Origin: a virus
DNA length: 64,000 nt
Direction: 5' to 3' (one strand)
IMG/VR virus record: IMGVR_UViG_3300024999_000055
Location: 42,331-106,330 of that record
Shown here: positions 1 through 12,211 of the stretch, piece by piece
Layout of the letters: each line of letters starts with the position of its first letter
Numbering within the stretch: the stretch's first letter is position 1
The notes under the pieces: model-generated
What the model saw: the letters and a program-made list of their open reading frames with translations, nothing else
Told to the model about the DNA's origin: nothing
Databases searched by the model: none
Made by a program: the position numbers and the translations under genes

Positions 1-1505
1 AAATAATTTCTCTTAAACTTTCTTTAATTTGCATTGTTAATTCTTCTAAATTTATACCTTTTCATCTATATGTTTCTTTCCTTTTTCTGTAATTTTAAAA
101 TTTAATTCAATATTAAATTTCATTTCTACTACAATTGTTTCATTTGTCATAATTAATTCCTCCTTTGATTAAATTTAATATATTTATTAATTTCAAATAA
201 TAATATTTCTAAAATATCTTCTCTGCCTTTCTTATAATTACTATTTTGAAATAATTCATTTTCTTTAATTAATTTATTTACTATTAATTTTATTCTATCT
301 TTTTCTGCAATTCTTCCTTCCTCAAATGCCTCTTTTCTATGTCTACCTAACATACAACTTAATTCACCATGACTAATTTCTGCCATTATTTACTCCTTTC
401 TTATATTTAAGATTAAATTAAACTGGTTTTAATGTTAACACTTCTCTATTCCAACACTCTTTACATTTATTTATATTATCTTCAAAATTATATTTACATT
501 CATCTTTTTGTTTCTTATATTTAGAATATGGATTTTCATATGGTGTATTTTTTAAACATTCAAAATATGATGGGCAATAACTATCAAATATATAATCTTT
601 TAATGTGATTTTATGATACTTTGCAAAAGATTTTATATCTTCAATTTCTTCGCTGGTTTGTATAATATAATCAATTAATTTCATGTATTAATCTCCTTTA
701 ATTTCTACTTTCTTATTCCTTCTTTTACATTCATTTAAAGCATCTTGATATGAAAAATGTAAATATTTATCCATTTCATAAAAGAAAGAATCTTTATCCT
801 TCCAGTATCGCAATTCACCATCTTCATCTCGATCAATTTTATCTATTGAAACTAATTTCTTACTAACTTCCCATTTTTGCTTAGTTTTATTATGTATACC
901 TTTCCCACCACATTCAGAACATTTTTCATCTACTTGACCGTTTTTGTAGCATTTATTACAGACAACTTTTATTTTATAGTCTTGTAGTTTGATGTGATAC
1001 ATTTGAAGATTAGTATTATAATATAGATTATTTTTATATTCTTTTGCTATAATTTCTTTTTCTTTTACTATTTCGCAATCTTCTCTTAAAATAAAATGAC
1101 TATAATATTTAGATGCTTCATCAGTAATTATATAATCTACAGTACCACTTTCTTCTACTATAAATTCTTCATTAATATAATTGCTATACCAATAATCAAT
1201 ATATTTTGCTTTTATAATTTTAACTTTCATATTAATTCTCCTTTTAGTTTATTATTTTTATTTACTTTCTGGAGATCTACTAAATCCTATTTGAAAGAAT
1301 AACCATCCGCAATGTACAGTATGTTTTTCATTTATAAATTTAGGAAACCACCATATATTCTTAAAATCAATTTCCCATATAATAGAATATTTTTTATTAT
1401 CGAACCAAGTAAACCATAGAAAATTAACACCATTTATTTTGATTAGTTTTATATTTTTCATTTACTATCCTTTCTTAATTATTAAAAGAAACTTTGGAGT
1501 AAACT

Positions 1506-1796
1506 TTATTCCCAATTTATAATTCTTTCATCTGTGATTAAACTTGAAAATCTAACCATAGGATATATAATTTCTTTTATTGTATCCTCATCAATATTTT
1601 TATTTATATATAATTTATCACATCTACAACATCTTGAATTATCTTGAATAGACATAGTATGATAAGAATCTCCATTTTTCATAATTATTCTATTCTCAGT
1701 TCGTTCTTGAATTGCACTATCAATTAATAATTGACTTAATAATTCAAGGAATGTATTTGCTTCTTTTATTGTATTGCTTACAATTATTGCTTTCAT
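1506..1796 (-). CDS. Small protein resembling the central segment of a large-terminase ATPase domain (degenerate Walker B)
   Basis: KAIIVSNT...RIIMKNGDSY...DNSRCCRCDKLYINKNID...IIYPM resembles the TerL pattern KIVIASGT...FxNGSxI...D.ARGxRANxLxxDE...VLxxF, but the DE is absent. Confidence 0.4.
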   Translation of the reverse strand: MKAIIVSNTIKEANTFLELLSQLLIDSAIQERTENRIIMKNGDSYHTMSIQDNSRCCRCDKLYINKNIDEDTIKEIIYPMVRFSSLITDERIINWE

Positions 1797-2109
1797 AATA
1801 TTTTCTCCTTTTTATTTTATTTTATTGTTTTATAACCACTTAATAAACATTGTATAGTTCTGAATACTTTCTTTTTATCATTATTACATTCCCATGTTTC
1901 ATTAAATAAACCACATTTAGTATATGATTGTCTTTCTGGAGCACCAGCACCATGTACAGGATGATGCTCAAAATCAATACAACCATAGCATAATTTATCT
2001 TCTGTAGGAGTGTTTACCCATAAGTCTTTAATATCTGTGTTTATTTTTATTCTTAACTCTTGATGATTTTGATATTCTTCTAATGTCATATGATTATTTC
2101 TCCTAAATA

Positions 2110-2670
2110 TTATTTAATATGCCATGCTTTTGCTTGCTTTTCTGCATTTATTCTATTTTTAATTTGTTTTGCAATAATTTCTGTACTTGCCTTTTCACCT
2201 TTAATAACTTGATATTTTACTTCAAATTCATCTAACATTTTTCTTAATTTAATATCGTCTTGTTTTGCTTCTTCTGCTGTTTGAAATCTACCAATAGGAT
2301 TAAAAGATTTAACTCTTTCAAGAAAGTAATTTATATTATTGAATTGATTAAATTTATTAAGTATATTTTTATTAAAATCTTTATCTATAGGATTATTATA
2401 AAATGCGGATAATAAGATTGGTGAATCTGTAATTATTACATCTAATTTTCCACAATCAACAAGACGTTTTATACTATATTTTTGTTTTCCAAAGATATAA
2501 TCTTGGTCTTTAAAAATAGCAGACCTTTCTTCATATAATTGGTGTTTGACATATTCACTACAATACTCTACATTAATTCCACCCATCCATTTTAATTCTG
2601 CTGATACATCCCAAGATATAGATGTTTTTCCACATCCACTTCCAGCAAAGAAATTAACTACAATTGTCAT
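2110..2670 (-). CDS. P-loop NTPase/kinase, NadR/Ttd14 (AAA_28)-like
   Basis: N-terminal VVNFFAGSGCGKTS Walker A, SEYVK, IITDSPIL; size typical of phage nucleotide-kinase-like proteins. Confidence 0.7.
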   Translation of the reverse strand: MTIVVNFFAGSGCGKTSISWDVSAELKWMGGINVEYCSEYVKHQLYEERSAIFKDQDYIFGKQKYSIKRLVDCGKLDVIITDSPILLSAFYNNPIDKDFNKNILNKFNQFNNINYFLERVKSFNPIGRFQTAEEAKQDDIKLRKMLDEFEVKYQVIKGEKASTEIIAKQIKNRINAEKQAKAWHIK

Positions 2671-2712
2671 ATGTATTTCCTCCTCTATTATAAAGTTTGA
2701 TCTAAACTAATT

Positions 2713-3219
2713 TTATTTTAACTTTCTAAAAACTACAATCATACTTGGGAATGGGGCAGAATCTTCACACCCACTAAATTTTAATCTACCTTCAATAAAT
2801 CTAATTTCCATCTTATTATATATGTATTTATGGAAAAATTTAGTATCTGTCCTTGATGGAAGTAAAGCAACTACTATTATATCTTTTTGACTTTCCTCAT
2901 ATGCTTTCTTAATCCAATCTTCTTGTCCTGGTTTATATTTATCAATATGATAACCACGTTTTTGGCATCCTTTTTTCTTACAATTGGGTTTACATGGTTT
3001 CTCTGGTTTAGAGTAAGGTGGATTCATAAATACTATTTCATTTGACCAATCTTTAGATAATCCATCATCTTCTATAGTATAATATTTATCACATTTATGA
3101 TTATCATGTGTGGCACATGGATCAAGTGTAAAATTAAATTCTTCATTAAGTTTATCAAAGAAATTTTGGGGTGTTTCCCAGGAATCTGATTCGCTAGAAA
3201 ACATTAATTCTTTATTCAT
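2713..3219 (-). CDS. Phage DNA N6-adenine methyltransferase (Dam-like)
   Basis: WETPQ, FTLDPCA, DGL, FMNPPY, LLPSRTDT, GRLKF, APFPS motifs. Confidence 0.92.
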   Translation of the reverse strand: MNKELMFSSESDSWETPQNFFDKLNEEFNFTLDPCATHDNHKCDKYYTIEDDGLSKDWSNEIVFMNPPYSKPEKPCKPNCKKKGCQKRGYHIDKYKPGQEDWIKKAYEESQKDIIVVALLPSRTDTKFFHKYIYNKMEIRFIEGRLKFSGCEDSAPFPSMIVVFRKLK

Positions 3220-6200
3220 GTATTATCTCCTTTATTTTTATAATTTATTAATTAATTATTTTCCAATATTTCTTTATAATAATCAATCCAATCTTGATTT
3301 TCTAATTTTTTCTTAACAACAATATCAAAATATTCTTTTCTCATATCTTGTAATGAAAATTTAGTTATTCCTTTCTTTTTAAGATTCTTATTTACCATTT
3401 TAATTATTTCTGTTCTATTCATTGGATAAAGTTTAATCAATCTTTCCTTCTCTGCTTTTTCTTCTTCCTCTAATCTAATTTTCTCTTCTTCGATTCTTTT
3501 TCTTTCTTCTTCTTGTTCATCTACAATACTATCCAAATCAATCTCTAACCTATTCCATTTACTCTCCATATGAGCAGGTATAACTACTTCTGGCACTAAC
3601 ACTTCTTTAATTTCAAACATCTCATAAGGTTCATAATCATAATTATAGTCTGTGAAATATGAACCATTTCTTTGTACAGAACGAGAAATTCCAAAATTAA
3701 ATTCTTGTATTTCCTGATAATCTCCATCCATTTCTATTAATTGACCTTGCTCAGTTTTGTATTGATATTTTCCTTGATCATCCCAATTATCATCTCCGAC
3801 ATCTTTAAATCCATAGATTTTACCATTGTGTGTATATGCAAAATTTTCTAAATCTTCTTTTCCTAGTTTCTTTACTATTTTTGCAAATAGGGTAATATTC
3901 ATATTTGAATTCTCCTTTTATTATTTATTTTTAAATCTACACCATTTAGGACTAAATATTGCTTGTAATTTTGGAATGCCTCTACCATAAATTTGTGCGA
4001 ATGAATTAAAATCAGGGTTTATAGTATCCATACAATGACCATATACTCCAAATATTTTTTGTTCTAAATTACCATTTGACCAATCATCTTTTTCAAAATA
4101 TTCACATTTACTACATTTAAAAATTTTCATAATATCCTCCTTTTAATTTAATATTGTAAATCAACACCAAATTTCTCTTTGGTTCAAATATTGAGTGTCA
4201 CAAACACAGTAATATCAATGGTTTGTGAATTGGTGATTTTATGATTTTTATACTTTATAAGCTAATTTTTTTCATTTCCAACCTATACAATTATAAACAT
4301 CACATAATAAATGTAAATTGTCATAAATAAGATTTTCTACTCTTGATTGTTTAGGTATTGTACAACCACTTAAACATCCTAAAATTGATTTTCTAAAAAC
4401 TGAAATACCTTCTTTAATCTCATTAATATAATCTTCCCAACTTTCTACTTGTATCACTCTTGATTGATGGTCTATTATATTATCATTATCATTATCATCT
4501 AATGATAAATTTGTTTCTATTATTTTAATCATATTACTTACTCTCCTTTTCCTCAAATATTTCTTTATATTTATCCACATTTATTTTACATTTATAATAT
4601 ATTTCATAATCTTTCCATTCACATTCCATAATATCTCTAATAGAAGTTATTCTTTCTTGAAAATATTCACATCCATAACAATTATCATCAGAACCTTTAT
4701 CATAGCATTTTTGATTGTATTCTCCAATAGCACCAAATGGACACCAACTATTTTTTGATTCATCATCATAAATTCTATTAGCAGGATGTTCACATTTAGG
4801 GAATCTCTCTTGATATGCTTGAATTTCTTGCAGTGAGTAGTAACCGTATTCTTTACATTTTTCATGTGGTAGAATTCCTAGTGTATAATCAATCCAATCC
4901 TGACTACGCATAAGATCTGAACGAGCACCTTGACCAAATCTAGCATAGAATAATTCTTGACCTGCTAATGGCATTTTGTTAATGAAATCTAATATTTCTT
5001 TTTCGTATTTGTAATTTAATTGCATCATATTATCTTCTGAATATGATTTTATAATTTCTAGTTTCCACCATTCTTGATTTGTTAAGGATAGGCAATTATC
5101 GCATAAATTTAGTCTACTTGAAAAGTTCGTAAATATAGAATTATGATTAAGTGTAGGAATGAGTATTTCATGTATTTGAGGGTATGATTGTAGACAATTG
5201 AAACATATAGAATCTGGATTTTCTATTGCAATGTGGTGAGGATTGATTGAATTGGTTGTTTCAATTAATTTTGTTGATTCATGCATATTTTATCTCCTTT
5301 CTAAATATATTATTATTGTATTAACTATTTAATTAGTTTTAAAGTTCCAAATTCTTTAAATTTTTCACTTTCTAATTCTTCTAATTCTAATTTATCAAGT
5401 TCTTCTTGTAATTCATTAATTCTATTTCTTAAAAATTGCTTCTCTTGCTCTAGTTTAAATTTTTCAATCTCTTTATTTATATTTTGTTCATTTGATTCAA
5501 ACTGTTCTTGATATTTCCAATAATCTCTCTCTTGCCCTTCCCATGCATAACTGCCTAAACTAATAACTTTTTTTATTCTAAATGCAGAAGCCGTAAAATC
5601 ACAACCATTACCACAACATCTATATTTTTCATTATATCCTTTATCTTCAGGTTCACATTCACAATATCCCCAATGTCTTTCATCTTTAGTAAATTCTATA
5701 TAATAACAATAATCATAATAAACATCTACCATATATTCACTTTCTTTTTCATTGTCTGGTTTTTCAATTAATATTCTAATTTTGCCATTTGTATAACCTC
5801 CAGAGTAATCTTCGTCATAACCGTTAATATAATATGTATGCTTTGTAATATCGTCTAAGAATTCTTTACAATTTTCAATTTGTTGGTCTATTACTGAAAT
5901 TATATATGGGATATCTAAGATTTTTTTGTTATAATTAATTCTGTTTTCATTTTCATTGTTTAAAGTGCTAATTAGATTTTGGATAAATTGGTCTTTGGTT
6001 GAAAGGTTAGATGTAGTCATAGGATAGTGTCTCTCCTTTTATTTTTTATTTTTATAATGTATTTTTAATTTCTTTCCATAAGAAATCACATAATTTATTT
6101 ACTCCATTAACTCTTACTAGTGGAGCATTATAATCATCTAATAATTCAATCATTTGTCCAATATTTAATAACGGATAATATTCATAATATACTTTTGTCC

Positions 6201-6687
6201 TTTCAAAACTTAATCCATTGCAATTATGTGTAAAACATTCAATACTTTCTTTTCCATTAACATTTAAATAATAAATATCACCCATTTTAATTCCTTTTGA
6301 TATCCACCATTTATATAGTTTTATTTTTTGCTCTTTTAATAATTCATTAAGTTGATTTATAGTAATTATTTGTTTCATAGAAAAACTCCTTATTTATATT
6401 AGTTTATTGAATATCTTGATTATTTCTTATTAATTCTTCCAATCCATTTAAACATTCTAATTCTTCAACTAAGTTTGCAATTTTACAAACAATTATTTCT
6501 TTTTTGTTAGGTATTTCAGATAATCCATAGCAATTGTCTAATAGAACATATTTACTGACTAGTTGGCAAATTTCAAAATAATTATCGCTTTCATGGTAAA
6601 ATCTACAATTCCATTTTATACATTTTAATTTTGTTGAATCTTTTTGTTCTTTTATTTCCATATAGTTTGTCCCTTCTCTTATGGTTA

Positions 6688-6716
6688 ATTATACATTTAT
6701 TTTTTTATTCTGTCAA
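6688..6716 (-). promoter_or_regulatory. sigma-A promoter
   Basis: TTGACA-17 nt-TATAAT on minus strand, upstream of ORF 6404..6661. Confidence 0.85.
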
Positions 6717-6804
6717 TGATAATTTTCATTATTTTTCATTATATTTCTATTTTTATTTGATTTTTAGCAGGAATGGTTAGTCCCTGCTAAATAGAGTAAA
6801 TTAA

Positions 6805-7266
6805 TTAATTCGTACTTCCTATGCCACCTTTACGTTCTTCCTCTGTATTTCCATTATCAGAAACTAAAAATGGAATAAAAATACCTTGTGCGATTCTTTC
6901 AAATTGTTCAATATGTACTGGTTCATCTGTCATATTATATAAACAAATTCCAATATTCCCATCATTATTTATATTGGAAAAATAATCCTGATCTACAATA
7001 CCTATTGTATTTGCCAACATTAAACCTTTTTTAATTCCAATTGAACTTCTTACGTCAAGTATAAGAACTTCACCTTCTTGCATGTATGATTTTACATCCG
7101 TCCAAATTATTTCTTTTGATTTTGGTTGAATAGTTATAGAAATTGGAGATGAAAAATCATATCCTGCGGAAATTTTAGTTGCTCTAATGGGAAGTTTAAT
7201 TTCTACATCTTTGTGCTTTCTGAATGAATCAGATACTACTTCAAAACCTCTAATTTTTGTTTGCAT
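6805..7266 (-). CDS. dut: Trimeric dUTPase
   Basis: SAGYDF, RSS, GIVDQDY, ERIAQGIF, RKGGIGST motifs I-V. Confidence 0.96.
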   Translation of the reverse strand: MQTKIRGFEVVSDSFRKHKDVEIKLPIRATKISAGYDFSSPISITIQPKSKEIIWTDVKSYMQEGEVLILDVRSSIGIKKGLMLANTIGIVDQDYFSNINNDGNIGICLYNMTDEPVHIEQFERIAQGIFIPFLVSDNGNTEEERKGGIGSTN

Positions 7267-7299
7267 AATATTTTATTCTCCTTTTGTTTTTATTATATT

Positions 7300-7962
7300 T
7301 TATACTTCTTTCATAATAAATTCATTTAATATATATGGTGTATTTTTTTTATATTTAATATTTAATTCCTCTATATAATTTTTATTATCTTCAAATACAC
7401 TTTTATCCAAGAAAGGATATTTCACTGTTCTTATTTGATTCAATCCTTTATCAAATTGAATGGTATACTGCAAAGATAATAATATATTTTTAATTATTTT
7501 TTTTGAAATATTTACACCAAGAGTTTTTAATATGATATTTTTATCAATATCATGTTGCATATATTGAAAAGGCAATTTCATATCTATATGTACACCATCT
7601 ATAATATTACATTGCAATATATTTTTTATTTTAAGTGGGAATGTACCATTTGTGTATATTATTATTGGTAAATTTGTTGTATTTTTAATTTGTTGTATAT
7701 CATGTAATATATCTACTATATTATTAATTAAATATTCACCACCACTTATAACTATATAATCATAAAGAAAAGAGTTTAATTTTAATAATTTAACAATTTC
7801 TTTAATGTCATAAAAATTATTATGTTTTTTTATTATCAATTCGTCATAATTAATGCAGTTGTAACATTTTAAGTTACAACCACACAAACTATGGATTAAT
7901 AATGTTGGTGAATTATTTATTTCAGATACAGATGTGATAAATTTATTATAATATTTTATCAT
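7300..7962 (-). CDS. nrdG: Class III RNR activating radical-SAM protein
   Basis: GCNLKCYNCIN CxxxCxxC, ISGGE, YTNG, DMK; directly downstream of nrdD. Confidence 0.88.
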   Translation of the reverse strand: MIKYYNKFITSVSEINNSPTLLIHSLCGCNLKCYNCINYDELIIKKHNNFYDIKEIVKLLKLNSFLYDYIVISGGEYLINNIVDILHDIQQIKNTTNLPIIIYTNGTFPLKIKNILQCNIIDGVHIDMKLPFQYMQHDIDKNIILKTLGVNISKKIIKNILLSLQYTIQFDKGLNQIRTVKYPFLDKSVFEDNKNYIEELNIKYKKNTPYILNEFIMKEV

Positions 7963-9891
7963 TTATAAATCTAATTCCGTAAATTTTTTTCTTATATTCC
8001 AATCATATCTTCTTGCTTTACTCCAAAAATTATATTTCCCTTCATATATTTTAGATTTATTTAATTTTATATTTTTTCTAGAAATCATTTTAACATATCC
8101 TATAACTCTTGAAAAAGTAGCTATATCATCACTACCACATACATTGCATTTTTCAATATTTTTACCGTCAGTTGCTTTAAATTTTTGTCCACAATTCATA
8201 CAACTTGTTAATGTTGGTGTAAAAGTAATATAGTTAATTGGTTTATCAAATAATTTATTTAAATACTTTGCTAATTTTAATGGTTCAATTTTTGATTCGA
8301 TAAAATGGTGTAGAATTGAACCACTTGTTGCATAACCTTGGTATTCTGCTGCGTTTTCTATTTGTTGAGTAAAATCTTCTTCACTAAATGGCAACATACA
8401 TCCAGAAGTTAAATATATATCTTTACCAATTCCTTGAACAAATATTTTTCTATTATTTTCTTTTGCCCATTTTAGATCATTTCTGGCTAATTTAATACCA
8501 GCATTTTCTGCTGGTGCATATTCGATCCCACAAGCAACTTTATCTCTTACAATAAATTCATTTACAATTTCTGTAATATATTGCATTATTTCATGAGCAA
8601 ATAATTTACCTTCTGTATTTTTAAGTCCATCTTCATATCCTATATTAATCAATGCTTCATGCATACCAGTAACCGCAAATACATTAAAATAATTTTTTAA
8701 ATCTTCATTAAATGAGAAAAACGTAGGGAATAAATCTTTATTTTGTTCAATAAATTTTCTTTTAGCCATATGCCCTTCTTGCATTATTTCAAAATATTCA
8801 CGAATTTTTGATTTTAATAATTCTTTATCATGCCCAAACTCAATGAATACTCTATTTAAGTTTAAATTAAGAACTTGAATAGCACCTGTATTGCCAATTG
8901 ATGAACCAAATATTCCTCCTCCTACTTTTGATAATAAAGAAAGATCAATTTGTAAGCGACAGCATAGACTTCTTGATACTTCTGGATCTTTTGGTTTAAT
9001 ATTAGGATTTAGTTTTCTGTAATATTCATTTTTAAAAGGTTTAGTTTTGAAATTTTCAAAATAAACTCCACCCCAAGAATACATTTTATTTAATAAATAT
9101 AAAAACAATTCATTTTCATAGTTAAAATTATCATCAATTTGCACAGTAATTAATGGAAAAGTAAATGGAATACCTGCTCTTGTTCCTTCTGCCATTACAT
9201 CAATAATAGCATTATTAATTCTATCGAAATATTTTGATGGTATTTCTGAATATGTAAAATCACAAACATCGCCACTAATTATAACTAATTCATCTTTAAT
9301 TTCTTCTGAAGGTTTCCCAAATTCCATTGTAATATTAGAAAAAGCGCTTTCACTACCAGAACGAAGTGGTAGGTTTAATTCGTAGATTAAAGATTTAAAC
9401 ATTCTTCTAAGTTGTTTATCTGAATATTTTATATCATTAATTTCTTCATTATATAAATAAGAAGCAGAAATTGTTGTCATTTGAGATAACATTACTGCAC
9501 CTGATACTTGTTGAGACATTAAAACAACTATATTACTAAAATGTCTTAGCAGTACATCTAAACTAGAACATGGTTCTGATTCTAACATATTTTTTGCACG
9601 ACTTGGGATACCTAATGTGGCAATATCTTTACAAGAAACTGATTGACAATATGAACTTAATTGTTTGTCATGTATGTATATAACTCCATCTTTATATAAA
9701 TCAACAAGTTTTTTAGGAAATATTTTTGTCATTAAATATTCTTCTTCAGATTTATTACAAATATTCTTTCTTAATAAAGGTAAGGAATATACGAAATTAC
9801 TATTTTCCCTTTTTAAATAATCTGTTTTTATATCATCGTCATTTGCAATAAATTTACTAATTAATTCATTTGTATTCTTAAACATTCCCAT
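7963..9891 (-). CDS. nrdD: Anaerobic (class III) ribonucleotide reductase, no ATP cone, CC-type finger loop
   Basis: IYIHD..SYC, RSLCCRL, PAEN, CMNCG/CNVCGS Zn site, SRVIGY glycyl-radical motif. Confidence 0.95.
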   Translation of the reverse strand: MGMFKNTNELISKFIANDDDIKTDYLKRENSNFVYSLPLLRKNICNKSEEEYLMTKIFPKKLVDLYKDGVIYIHDKQLSSYCQSVSCKDIATLGIPSRAKNMLESEPCSSLDVLLRHFSNIVVLMSQQVSGAVMLSQMTTISASYLYNEEINDIKYSDKQLRRMFKSLIYELNLPLRSGSESAFSNITMEFGKPSEEIKDELVIISGDVCDFTYSEIPSKYFDRINNAIIDVMAEGTRAGIPFTFPLITVQIDDNFNYENELFLYLLNKMYSWGGVYFENFKTKPFKNEYYRKLNPNIKPKDPEVSRSLCCRLQIDLSLLSKVGGGIFGSSIGNTGAIQVLNLNLNRVFIEFGHDKELLKSKIREYFEIMQEGHMAKRKFIEQNKDLFPTFFSFNEDLKNYFNVFAVTGMHEALINIGYEDGLKNTEGKLFAHEIMQYITEIVNEFIVRDKVACGIEYAPAENAGIKLARNDLKWAKENNRKIFVQGIGKDIYLTSGCMLPFSEEDFTQQIENAAEYQGYATSGSILHHFIESKIEPLKLAKYLNKLFDKPINYITFTPTLTSCMNCGQKFKATDGKNIEKCNVCGSDDIATFSRVIGYVKMISRKNIKLNKSKIYEGKYNFWSKARRYDWNIRKKFTELDL

Positions 9892-9896
9892 ATATA

Positions 9897-10094
9897 TTAT
9901 ATCTCCTTTACATATTTAATTGCTTCATTGAATTTCATAATTTTTCCATCTACTTGTAACATAGGCATACTTAAAAAACCCTTCTCCATCATAATATTTA
10001 TATCATTACATTCCTTATATGTAACTTGTTTTTGGTCTAATTTTTGTTTTAATATTTTACATTTGGAACAGTTATTAGAGTAAAGTAATATCAG
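9897..10094 (-). CDS. Glutaredoxin/NrdH-like redoxin (missing from ORF track; CTG or ATT start)
   Basis: Own translation (M)ILLYSNNCSKCKILKQKLDQKQVTYKECNDINIMMEKGFLSMPMLQVDGKIMKFNEAIKYVKEI*: CxxC and cis-Pro SMPML; AAAGGAGG RBS 8 nt upstream; stop lies 5 nt before the nrdD start. Confidence 0.88.
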   Translation of the reverse strand: MILLYSNNCSKCKILKQKLDQKQVTYKECNDINIMMEKGFLSMPMLQVDGKIMKFNEAIKYVKEI

Positions 10095-10140
10095 AATAAA
10101 ACCCTCCTTTTGATAAATTTATTTTAAATTTATTTTAAAA

Positions 10141-10341
10141 CTAACCACTAACTTTGCTTAATTTTTTATTTAATTTATCTCCTTTCTTCACCTTAATAAA
10201 CTCTCCATAGTCATTATTCCTATTACAAATCTTCTCCATTCTCATATTATAAAGTTGTTCAGCATCAGGTTTTGCCAAATATCTAAAACACTCATTAATT
10301 TTCACACAACTACTATTTAGACAAAGAGCAATACTAGGCAA
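10141..10341 (-). CDS. Small Cys-rich protein, paralog 1
   Basis: LCLNSSCVKINECFRYLAKPD. Confidence 0.7.
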   Translation of the reverse strand: MPSIALCLNSSCVKINECFRYLAKPDAEQLYNMRMEKICNRNNDYGEFIKVKKGDKLNKKLSKVSG

Positions 10342-10373
10342 AATCTCACCACCATTATATTTATTTTATTATT

Positions 10374-10553
10374 CTAACATCTTTTCAACATTTTCACCTC
10401 TAAATAATACTCATAACCATTATTTTCATCACAATCATCATTTTCATTTATATATTTTTGATATTTGTCTGGTCTTGCCAGAAACCTAAGACAATTCTGT
10501 GCTTTCTTGCAATTATCATTCTTACATAATGTCAAATCACAGATAATTTTCAC
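10374..10553 (-). CDS. Small Cys-rich protein, paralog 2 (below ORF-track cutoff)
   Basis: Own translation ICDLTLCKNDNCKKAQNCLRFLARPDKYQ...; AAAGGAGG RBS; promoter just upstream. Confidence 0.7.
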   Translation of the reverse strand: MKIICDLTLCKNDNCKKAQNCLRFLARPDKYQKYINENDDCDENNGYEYYLEVKMLKRC

Positions 10554-10585
10554 CTCCTTTATTTAATACTTTTTAATTTATATTT

Positions 10586-10614
10586 ATTTTAACATTTTGT
10601 TACTCAATTGTCAA
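10586..10614 (-). promoter_or_regulatory. sigma-A promoter (extended -10) for the nrdD/nrdG/dut operon
   Basis: TTGACA-17 nt-TAAAAT with TG at -15/-14. Confidence 0.8.
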
Positions 10615-11896
10615 CAATTATTTTTATTATTTCCAAAATAATTCATGAAATATATACATGTCAATCCATCCAAAAGGGGTTACTAATAAAACTAATAGAA
10701 AACTAACAATTAAAAATACTACATTTGATATTATTTTGCCCAAAATACATCAATCATTTCTATTCTTCTTTCGGTCTACAACAACCACATTCAGGATTAT
10801 GCCAATCACAACACCATTCACCATTAAAACGCCAATAATTATCTTCACCTAAATAAAAATCATCTTTGTTACCAATATAACATTTATTATTTCTTAATAA
10901 TTCACATTCATAATTTATATACTCACCTTCTGTATATGTACATTTCCCTAATTTTTCTTCATCTTGTACATCTACTTTAAAATAATTTCTAAAATTTTCA
11001 ATAGGATAATCAGTAAAATTTAAGTCTATTTTATCATGCCAATTAACTTCAACCTCTTGTGCATTAAAAGGAACAAGACTACAATCTGTAGAATTCCCTA
11101 TGTCATGCATAATTTCGTTTAAATTGCTATAGTTATCATTTATATCTATAATATATAACTCTACTTTGTGTAACTTTGCCATAATAATTCTCCTTTTTAT
11201 TTTTTTAATAATCTACTATTAAAAACCCCCAGTGTCAAATAATGTATCTTCATTTTTATTTATTATTAATCGTTTGGTTATTTTTCTTAATATAGTTTTA
11301 TTAATATCGTCCATAATTTTCTCCTTCAATGCATTTCATTACAATAATATTTTTATTTAATTATTCCCATCCCCAACCACAATGATCAAATGTACATCTC
11401 CAATTTTCATAAAAACTAATCCATACCACTTTACTTCCACATACAGGACATCTTTTTTCACCATTAATAATTTTAGGTTCTGCCATAATTAAACTCCTCC
11501 TTAAATTTTATATATCTTCATATTTTCTTCATAATTTATTCTACCCCATAAACATCTAGCAATACTATAAAGTTTATTATTATGAGTGTCCCTGTCAATT
11601 TTCTTATCAATTAAATCAATATATAATTTTTTACATACATTAATTCATTTTTACATTCTGGACATTCAATATTAGTATTCATTAATTGTGCCTTTTGTAT
11701 AAGTTTCAATATATTATCATTGTGTTCATTTATTGTTTTCATATTAATTTTCCTCCTCGCAAACGTATATAGGATGATACTCTATATTTAAACAATATAT
11801 ACATATATTACATTTATTTTTCTTTTTACAGTTATAACATAAGCAACCTTCGCATTCTATTGGAATATTTTTATTTATAATATAACTCATTATCCC

Positions 11897-12211
11897 TTAC
11901 AAAAATTCAATAACATCTTTTAAAGCAAAATTTCTTTCTGCACATTTTTCTATATCATAAGCACGAAATAACCATTGTTCTTTTGGATGATATTCCGTAC
12001 TTCCAAACCAAATATCATAAGGGATTACAATTCTATTATTTGTTTCACCTTTATAGTTTTTATATACAAATTGTAATATAGGTGTATATTCTGTATTTTT
12101 GGGTTCCCAAATTTCATATTCAATACATTCATTTTTATCTCTGCAATTTTCACAATTAAAACCTTTACTTTTACACCTTAATCCATGATCATACATTGCT
12201 TGTGTTGTCAT
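11897..12211 (-). CDS. Stand-alone WYL-like domain with Cys-rich N-terminus
   Basis: LQFVYKNYKGETNNRIVIP...WLFRAYDIEKCAERNFALKDV matches the WYL pattern (Y...G...R.V.P...W.L.A.D...R.F.L). Confidence 0.7.
   Translation of the reverse strand: MTTQAMYDHGLRCKSKGFNCENCRDKNECIEYEIWEPKNTEYTPILQFVYKNYKGETNNRIVIPYDIWFGSTEYHPKEQWLFRAYDIEKCAERNFALKDVIEFL

Noticed and set aside
6763-6791. Terminator after dut
   Set aside because: The hairpin TTTAGCAGG...CCTGCTAAA is real but lacks a U tract in the sense direction, so I did not call it a terminator.
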